Assembly (NCBI GenBank): GCA_964016885.1
Contig: OZ024763.1
Location: 8,060,001-8,124,000 of the forward strand
Direction: 5' to 3'
Length of the DNA: 64,000 nt
DNA from: Eledone cirrhosa
Taxonomy: Eukaryota
The position numbers and the translations under genes are program-made. This document shows, piece by piece, positions 54,710-64,000 of the stretch. A model generated the notes under the pieces. It had not been told where the DNA came from, ran no database searches, and saw only the letters and a program-made list of their open reading frames with translations. Within the stretch, counting starts at the first letter, position 1, and every line of letters starts with the position of its first letter.

Positions 54710-55401
54710 CATATGTGTGTGTTAGTTAAGTGTGTACCAACAGTTAGAGACAGCGTGCCATTCGAAGCACTCAATACTGTTATGAGGTTCATCTCGTGCT
54801 AGGTTGTATTGCAGTTACTGCTGTAGTGTGTAGAGTGTAAATATAGATTTTTAAAAGTCAAAGTCAGTCAGTGTTGCAGCATAAGTACAAACTTGATTTG
54901 CATATTATAATTAGATGCGTCTTTGCACTTATAAACTCGCATATCTGATGAGATGTCGAAATAAAGTCAGGGCCTGTCACCTTGATTGTACCCTGAGCTG
55001 ATCAATATCGAATAATTGTAATATGTAAATAAAGTTTGTACTTATATATATATATACACACACACATATACATATATATATACACACACATATACATATA
55101 TATATATAAATCAATATGGATGCAGTAAAAATCTGTTTAGACCATTTCTCACCAGAGTACTCAATACTTGGGCTAGTAGAGTATGGTAATATGAAAGCGT
55201 CGGGACCCCGACGGTGGAGCTCTGACTGTTAAAACGGTAAAAGCTCAGCCATTGGGGTCCCGACTCTTTCATCATATATATATGTGTGTATATATATATA
55301 TATGTACACACACACACAAATATATTTATATACATTTAATATTGGGGGAAGACTCATAAAAAAGATGACAGAAGATGCATATATATATATAAAATAGTGT
55401 A

Positions 55402-55440
<39 letters not shown>

Positions 55441-55804
55441 GTGTATATTATGACAATATAATCCAGCCCAAAATATTTCACACCAACTGAGGAGCCAAAA
55501 TTAAAAAATATATAAATACTGAATTACTTAAGTAAAGCAGCTTCCCAGACAGACAGACAGACAGAGAGAAACAAAGAGAGCTTACACCTCTAATGTACTG
55601 TTGGGCTAGTGGTGGTGGTGGTTGTAGTGGTGGTACTTACTGCTACCTACCACCAGGTGATACCATCTAGTGGCAGGGACTTGACTGTTACTACCACTGG
55701 TGATGGTGAGAGAGGGAGAGAGACAGAAAGAGATGTAGAGGGAGATAAATAGAGAGATGGATATATATATAGAGAGATAGATAGATAAAGACTGCCAAAC
55801 TAAC

Positions 55805-55910
55805 ACACGGCACACACATACACACACACATATATACACACACACACACATATATACACACACAGAGCATGGCACACACACACACACATATATACACACA
55901 CAGAGCATGG

Positions 55911-55942
<32 letters not shown>

Positions 55943-56885
55943 CATACACAGAGCACGGCACACATAAATACACACAGAGCACGGTACATATATACACACA
56001 CAGAGCACGGCACATATATACACACACAGAGCACGGCACATATATATATATATACACACTGAGCACAGCACACATATACACACACTGAGCACGGCACATA
56101 TATACACACACACAGAGCATGGCACATATATACACACACAGAGCACGGCACATATACACACACACAGAGCATGGCACATATATATACACACACAGAGCAC
56201 GGCACACATATACACACACACAGAGCACGGCACACATATATACACACACAGAGCACGGCACACATATATATATACACAGAGCACGGCACACATATATATA
56301 TACACAGAGCACGGCACACATATATACACACACAGAGCACGGCACATATATACACACACAGAGCACGGCACATATATACACACACAGAGCACGGCACATA
56401 TATACACACACAGAGCACGGCACACATATATACACACACAGAGCACGGCACACATATATACACACACAGAGCACGGCACACATATATACACACACAGAGC
56501 ACAGCACACATATATACACAGAGCACGGCACACATATATATATATACACACAGAGCACGGCACACATATATATACACACACAGAACACGGCACACACATA
56601 TATATACACACACAGAACACGGCACACACATATATATATACACACTGAGCACAGCACACATATATACACACACAGAGCACGGCACACATATATACACACA
56701 CACAGAGCACGGCACACATATATACACACACACACAGAGCACGGCACACATATATACACACACAGAGCACGGCACATATATACACACACACACAGAGCAC
56801 GGCACACATATATACACACACACACACAGAGCATGGCACACATATATACACACACACAGAGCACGGCACACATATATATACACAG
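55805..56885. repeat. Compound repeat: cagagcacggca anchor + variable (CA)/(TA) runs, ~35-40 units
   Basis: Direct inspection. Confidence 0.92.
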
Positions 56886-57284
56886 AGAGAGCACAACACA
56901 GCACACGACCATCAGTAACTAAACAACTGCTGTTGGGTGTGAAAGGCTCCACACTGTCTTAGTAAGAGAGAGAGGTACCCACCTATGACTAAGTTCAATG
57001 TCAAAGTGAAAGGACATTAGTCATCCTACAGTTGATGTTACTGTTACTGCTGTTGAGTAGCTGCAACAAACTGCTCACATCTCAATAAGACTTACTAGCT
57101 AAGTGTTGTTCTCTCACAACATAAGCCTACCTGACAGTCCCGCCCTCCATCTCACACCCACTATGTGTGTGACCACCACCACCAACCCTCAATATCCAGC
57201 TAATTCTGTGAAACCCTCTTCACAATAAATCTGTACAATGTACAAGTAAGTGAACATGATGCTAACTTAGCAATGTCAAGGGTT

Positions 57285-57347
<63 letters not shown>

Positions 57348-57968
57348 TTATATGAAAAGGGGAAAAGAATGACTTCACTTATAGTTGGTATTCAATTTAA
57401 TTTTATAATTTTGCTCTGTAGATCTAAGTCCTTCATTAACTTTGGTGGAAAGTCTTTTTTTATAAAAATCTTGGTTAACTTTCTCGCATTCATCGGTGGT
57501 GATTGTATATATTCATACACAAACACACATATACACTATATATATTGTTTGTGATTCAGTGAAGGACTACAAAATGCATGTAACAGGTTGATACACATAA
57601 ACAAATGCATGTAAACGTTTTTCTTATATATATTAGTTCAAGAATAACACACACAGACACGCACACTATTGTATGAGCTATTTTATAGTATCTCCACACA
57701 CGAGTACAACAGTTTATATTAACTTTATCCTCTCAGCACTTCGTAATAGACCCAGAGATCAGCTACATATACACAATGTTTGTTGACATTTAAAAGCTGT
57801 GATTCAGTTATCTAACTTAAGACAGTAAGGGCCATCAGTTCTTTGGTTTAATGGTTCTAAGCACCTAGCCAGAATCTAGGAGAAATGGGCTTCAATTCCT
57901 CGTAGCAGCTGATGACAACTGTTCCTGTCTTTAGTCTTCATGAGACCATCACTACCTACCTAAATGCT

Positions 57969-58237
57969 TGGAGGCTCATCAGGCCGTGCTTATCCAGGTT
58001 TCCATGGCATGAAGCGACTGACAGTACAAGACTTCCCCCTGGACAGGACACCAGTCCATCGCAGTATTAAACTCCCAGTTATTGCTGCTGGTACCTGTTT
58101 TCAGCTGAGTATACCGGAGCAACATGAAATGAAGTGTTTTGCTCAAGAACACAACACACAACCCAGTCCAGGGATCGAACCCACAACATTATGATCATAA
58201 GTCCAACACCCTTACCACTAGACTACCACTCACCTCC
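57969..58237 (-). mobile_element. tRNA SINE with CORE-like and V-like domains
   Basis: A box tagtctagtgg, B box ggttcgatcc, CORE-like segment, then ctgcgatggactggtgtcctgtccagggg. Confidence 0.72.
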
Positions 58238-58367
58238 ATACCTAGCTACCAACACTGCTAGCAATAGCAGCCAACCACCCACTTGACAATCACAGCATGG
58301 TACTTTGACAACTTTTCAGTCGAGTTATTTCTCTTTGACTGCAGAAGTGAGCTTATACACAATATAT

Positions 58368-58652
58368 CAACGGTCACCAACCTTTTTATACCACAGACCA
58401 GCTTCATATCGGACAATCTTTCCACGGACCGGTAGTTGCACATTATGTGTTATTTAAGTACATTTCAATAAAGAGAGCAATTTATTAAAGTAGATGAATA
58501 TTGAATATTTACACAAATCTTTTTAAATTAAAGTCCAATATTTAATTTATCTAGTATATGATTTTAAACAAGTTAATTATATTTTTTTGTGGCGTGGTAG
58601 CAAATTATCCACAGACTTGTACCAGTCCACGGCCCATGGATTGGGGACCTTT
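58368..58652. mobile_element. Charlie/MER1-like hAT MITE
   Basis: Ends cggtcaccaaccttttt / ggattggggacct resemble CAGCGGTCCCCAACC-type TIRs. Confidence 0.6.
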
Positions 58653-58706
58653 GCTATAGCATACAACACACACACACACACACACACGTATGTGATGTAT
58701 ATACAC

Positions 58707-58890
58707 CAGTGGTTCCCAAAGAGGGTTCCGTGGACCCTAGGATCCCACAAAGGAGTGTCTGGGGTTCCATGAAAAAAGGTAAAGGAGTATATTTATATTA
58801 CGACCATATAACAGTATTAGATTTTGGGGTGCCCCCAAAAGTTCCTGAACCAAAAAGGGTTCTGCGCTGGAAAAAGTTTGGGAAACCCTG
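58707..58890. mobile_element. hAT-type MITE
   Basis: TIRs cagtggttcccaaa / tttgggaaaccctg; atatacac on both flanks (offset by 2 nt on the right). Confidence 0.7.
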
Positions 58891-60182
58891 AGATATACAC
58901 CATCATAGCTTTTACATCAGGTTCCCCTACCCCCTATTGGCATAAATTGGCTGAGATTTCTTTTAGAACAGTGTTGCTACACCTGGGTACCTTTCCTGAT
59001 GCCAACCCATAATTTCTATGTGGTATATACTGCTCATCTTTGACAAACCCCTATAAGGTATGTTTATGCAGGCTATAAACAAATGACACCGGTTGTTAAA
59101 CTGACACGCATTCGTTTTCACACTTCTACAGGACTAATGCTGTTTCATTCAGCTGAAATCATCAAGATTGGTCTTGATCCTCTGAGACATTCCTGCCCAT
59201 CGCTGTCTTTGATAGCATTTAGCTGTTTTAACGGCTGTTCTAACGAGTTCTCTCATTTTTATATATATTCAAATACACTCTTGCTTCATCTCGATCAGAG
59301 ACATCGGTTTTTCATTTAACTAAATGTGTATTGATCTTTGTGGTACCTAGTGCTGACACTGATAAAATGCACCCAGTACACTCTGTAAAGTGATAGGAAG
59401 GAAATCCAGCCAAACAAGCCCTTCAATAACGACAACATAGTTGATGTCACATCCAAGAAGATTGGTGTATGGATAGGTATCCAGCAGTAGAAACCATGGA
59501 AATAAATGGTGGAGAGAAGAGACCTCATCAGTTGACTCAAGGCACAACAACCTCTGACATTCTGTTCTGTAAAGTGGTTGGTGACAGGAGGGGCATCCAG
59601 TCATAATACCTTAACATCAGTATGAGCAGCTGGTTAGAACCGGTTTGAACAGAAAGAGGTGAGAGAACTGACCGGATATGACCGGTTTAAATGCTAAAGG
59701 GTTAAGACTATTTCCAATAAAAGAACACAAATTTACTTTTCTTAACATTCTCAATGTAATTCCTTTATATTCTGAGATTTCTTTTGTGATTTTGGTGTTT
59801 GGTTTTCCTATGAATAAATTAGCCTTGTTATTCAATTAACGACATGACTGTCTCGTTAGAGATAATGATGGAATAGTTGCCAAGATCAAAAACATTTAGT
59901 AAAATCATGAAATAAGTTGCCTTAACTTGGCACAAAGATTCATTAATCAACCCACCCCAAGTATATTATAGATTAGAGGTCCTCAAACAGGCTACTGCCC
60001 CCCTCACAGCCATGTAATACCCTCAGTGATCCCCAACCCTATTTCCAGAGAGACCTACCTACACACATTGTAAATAATATATAAATAAAATCATTAAATT
60101 ATATATAATAAATAATATAGATAAAATCGTTAAATTATATAATATATACTATGTATAAATAAATATTATATATTTTTTATTT

Positions 60183-60228
<46 letters not shown>

Positions 60229-60236
60229 TTTGATAT

Positions 60237-60457
60237 TTAACCCTTTAGCATTTATATTCCTCTATATTTACTATTGTATTTTTGTGGCAAAGACTATCTT
60301 ATATAATAATCTTACATAATATCGAATCTACGAGATTTTGATAAAAATTTATTTTGGTAACAATACTTTAACATCAGTATGAGTGACCAGTTACATCTGG
60401 TTTGAACAGAAAGAGGCGAGAGACTTTTGGCTGGATATGGCTGGTTTAAATGCTAAA
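60237..60457. mobile_element. PB1 MITE (opposite orientation); partial copy at 59606-59705
   Basis: ttaaccctttagcattta ... ggtttaaatgctaaa. Confidence 0.8.
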
Positions 60458-60986
60458 TATACTATTATATCATCTCTACCGCCCCTTAGACCTTCTCCCC
60501 CCCCCCCCGGGGGTGGTACTGTCCACTGAGAACCTCTGTTATAGATCTACCAAACCAAAAACCAGAGCCTCTAATATTGTTATAAAATCACTTAACCTTT
60601 AACTCTACAAAATACTCCAGCAATGTTGACAGTCCCTGCCCCAGTCTCTCTCGCTCTCCCATCTCTCACTATTATATACAAATGGGGGTCCAAGTGCAGG
60701 CCATCCAGTGACCCTGACAGACAGAATAGAGAAGGCCTCTACATTGTCAATCAATCTATAATGTGTGCTATGTTTATGATGGTCTTAAAAATCAGTGTTG
60801 GTTCTGTTGTGTCTATTGTGTTTTGCTAAGATATTTATGATAAGTACTATAATTTGATGGCTAGGAGATGTCAGGTTGCTTTGGTGTAATATTTAACAGG
60901 CTTTAGGTATGACATACATGGTTCAAAAGTTCAAATCATATACGAGATGTCTATTCCAGTACATGTCATGCTTGTAAAAGCATAAA

Positions 60987-61025
<39 letters not shown>

Positions 61026-61159
61026 ACGACAAAAGTGTTTTAAAACCATTTTCCCTCTAAAACAGGGGTGAGCCCTGTTAGCACCCTCATCAGCTTCATA
61101 CATATCAGGGGTTCTTTATAGAGGCAATATTTTACTGTTCAATATACTTTCTATTGCTA

Positions 61160-61197
<38 letters not shown>

Positions 61198-61436
61198 AAG
61201 AGTGAAGAATAAGATGGTCGGCTGTACAAAAAGGGTTTTATTTACAGTATTAACAATTGCTCACTCGGGTGAGTCTAAAGGCCGCTGATTAGTCGAAATG
61301 TTGTCACTTGACCTTAAATACAGTGTAGGTCTCTGATTAAATCATTGGAATACTAGAGGGTGTAACACATGGCACTGGTATTTATAGATACATCAGAGAA
61401 TCAAGTGAATGAAAACAGTAACATCAATAATAAAAG

Positions 61437-61502
<66 letters not shown>

Positions 61503-61811
61503 TGCTAAAAACGTTATGAAGAGTTCATAATTTTCTTTAGTCAATAACTCGAAGGTTCTTAGACAGGTTCGTGTCGTATCTAACTGTAGATATCTGAAGC
61601 ATCGGTAACGTGAATTTCAGCTATATATATATATATATATATATAAATATATATATATAAAATAGAGTATATATATTAGTTGTTTCTACTTTTGGCACAA
61701 GACCAGCAATTACCCCAGTACATTACTGGTACTTTATTTTATCGACCCCGTAAGGATGAAAGGCAAAGTTAACCTCGGCGGGATTTGAATAGAGTATATA
61801 TATTAATAGAG

Positions 61812-62086
61812 TAGAGTTCGGCTCACAATCGAAAGGCCGTGAGTTCGATTCCCGTAGTGTCCTTGAGCAAGACACCTTATTTCACGTTGCTCCAGTTCAT
61901 TTAGCTGGCAAAAATGAGTTTTACATGTAAGTTCGAAGGTCCAGCCATGTCACGTTCTGTGTCACGCCGAATCTCCCTGAGAACTACGTTAAAGGGTAGG
62001 CGTGTCTGTGGAATGCTCAGCCACTCGCAGACTGTTCCGTTTATCGGATCAACTGGAACACTCGTCGTCGTAACCGACGGAGTACC
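61812..62086 (+). mobile_element. tRNA/CORE SINE family D; others at ~49160-49660, 50430-50820 and within the 379-bp repeat
   Basis: B box gagttcgattcc, CORE-like gtccttgagcaagacac...ctccagtt, tail ggatcaactggaacactcgtcgtcgtaaccgacgg. Confidence 0.82.
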
Positions 62087-62205
62087 TGCCATGTCATATA
62101 GTCGTACTGCAGTTATTACGAGGCAGTAAGTACAGCGATATGCTTATAACTGTATATATATATATATATATACACATATATATATACATACATACATACA
62201 CACAC

Positions 62206-62237
<32 letters not shown>

Positions 62238-63011
62238 ACAGTATTCGACAGTTCACATACCCAGTCGATTTAGATCATATACACACACACACAGATACAC
62301 AGACACATATATACTTAGTTAATATAGATCATATAGTGAGAGAGAGACACACACATATATATATATATACGCAATTAGATGTATAAAAGTGCCCCATATA
62401 ATAAATGTACAGTAAACATTCATACACCCAGTAAATATATATATATATCCAGTTAATATTTCGTAAGGATATATATAAATTGCCATTAAATATATAGAGC
62501 ACCAGCTTTGTCACATCAATGTGTGTGTGTGTGCGTGTGCGTGTGCGTGTGCGTGTGTGTGAATGAAGGGTGTATATTTCAGTTTCCGTAGATCAGGTAT
62601 ATAATAATAAATAATAATAATAATAAAATTACTGTGTACACTGCTCAGGTGCACTATATACTGTTAATAATTCAAGGTATCGTTAGGATATATATAAATT
62701 CCCATCAAATATATAGAGCACCGTTAGGTTTGTCACACACACACACGTGTGTATATGAATGGCTGTATGGATGGATGGAAGGATGTATATTTCAATATTT
62801 ACTGATGTATATTTCAGTTTCCGTAGGTTAGATATATATATATATATAGTTTAATACCTACCAAGTAAAAGCATATATAAATATATATACATAGTTAATA
62901 TACGACCCTCCCCAAGTATAACATATATATAAAGACACAGAGGCGAAAACCAACCAAACAGTGAGTGTGTTCTGGCAATATTATTACACAAATATGACCC
63001 TTCCCAAGTAT

Positions 63012-63050
<39 letters not shown>

Positions 63051-63420
63051 AAAATGTTCAAGACCCCGACGGCAGAGCTCAAGCCGTTTCGACGGCTATT
63101 CTGGACTAGAAATAGTCAGGGTTTTAACTCTTTTCCTATTACCCACTCTACTACTCCAAGTATTGAGTACTCTGGTGCGTTATGGTCCACCTGGTTCCTT
63201 ACCACACTTCCTTCGTTATATATATGTGTGTGTGTGCCCCGGGTTCAATCAGAGGTACCACAGTAAGGTACTCAATACATTAGTAGAGTGTAAACACCAT
63301 GTTTAATTTAGAACAAAAGAAATCATCAGGAAAGCCGCTTCCTGATGATTTCTTTCGGATGAAACAAGTTCTAGTCCTGTAGAAGCCATTTCTATATTAA
63401 ATCTGATATATATATATATA

Positions 63421-63765
63421 TAGTGTTCCCAAAAAATGTATACACACTTCAGCATTCTAATAAATATTGCCTGTACAGGTGATCAAAGTGTGTAAACATT
63501 TTTAGGGACACCCTGTATATCTATCTATATATATACCCAAATAAAGAAAGATATATATATATATACACACACACACAATATATATATATATATATATATA
63601 GTTAGTTTATACATATATAATACATAGCTAATTAATATATATATAAATATATATATATATATACAGCGTGTTCCCAAAAAATGTATACATACTTAAACAG
63701 CATTCTAATAAATATTGCCTGTACAGGTGATCAAAGTGTATACACAATTTTTGGGACACCCTGTG
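63421..63765. mobile_element. Two ~100-bp Tc1/mariner-type MITEs (63421-63517, 63662-63765); partial reverse copy 28635-28713
   Basis: TA-CAG.GTGT.CCCAAAAA ... TTTT.GGGACACCCTG-TA ends inside (TA)n. Confidence 0.72.
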
Positions 63766-63903
63766 TATATACACACACATATATATATATATATATAAAT
63801 ACGTAGCTAGCTAATTTTTATATATATATGTAGATCGTTAATATATAGATATATATACACACACATATATACACATATATATATATATACATATTACGTA
63901 CCT

Positions 63904-63953
<50 letters not shown>

Positions 63954-64000
63954 TATATGTGTGTGTGTGTGCGATGAACAAAGAGGGAAAGAGGAGTCTG

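Noticed and set aside
54944-54975. Hammerhead-like ctgatgagatgtcgaaataaagtc
   Set aside because: Helix I cannot form and the related copy at ~270-300 lacks CUGAUGA
55606-56962. 260-450-aa ORFs and a CRISPR-like repeat/spacer look
   Set aside because: Spacers are only CA/TA runs, context is eukaryotic and there are no cas genes

Overview
Eukaryotic, repeat-saturated 64-kb window. The SINE families and the extreme (TA)n/(CA)n/(GA)n load suggest an octopus-type cephalopod genome (inference). Two protein-coding genes are supported, both on the minus strand: (1) TAF10, with three spliced coding exons at 7628-7777, 3952-4016 and 1895-2006 (the last exon was not found and probably lies left of the window); (2) a CLIC/EXC-4-like chloride intracellular channel gene with an intronless 251-aa CDS (46441-47196) carrying a CPFC motif, possibly followed by a ~11.7-kb 3' UTR. 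The rest is mostly SINEs (at least 5 types), truncated RTE/CR1/CRE-like LINE remnants, piggyBac-, hAT- and Tc1-type MITEs, minisatellites and microsatellites; nearly all other ORFs in the track are repeat artefacts. I found no convincing novel protein-coding system. The most interesting signals are in repeat biology: a graded series of one piggyBac-type MITE growing an internal satellite (1, 3, 5, ~30 units), the same process in an unrelated hAT MITE, a SINE and its apparent partner RTE LINE sharing a 3' tail, a twin-priming-like 5' inversion in a non-L1 LINE, a LINE-derived 123-bp unit with the same junction at three loci, a 2.7-kb E-box-bearing VNTR beside the TAF10 start exon, and a triple CArG-box cluster. 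All coordinates and family assignments were made by eye without database searches.
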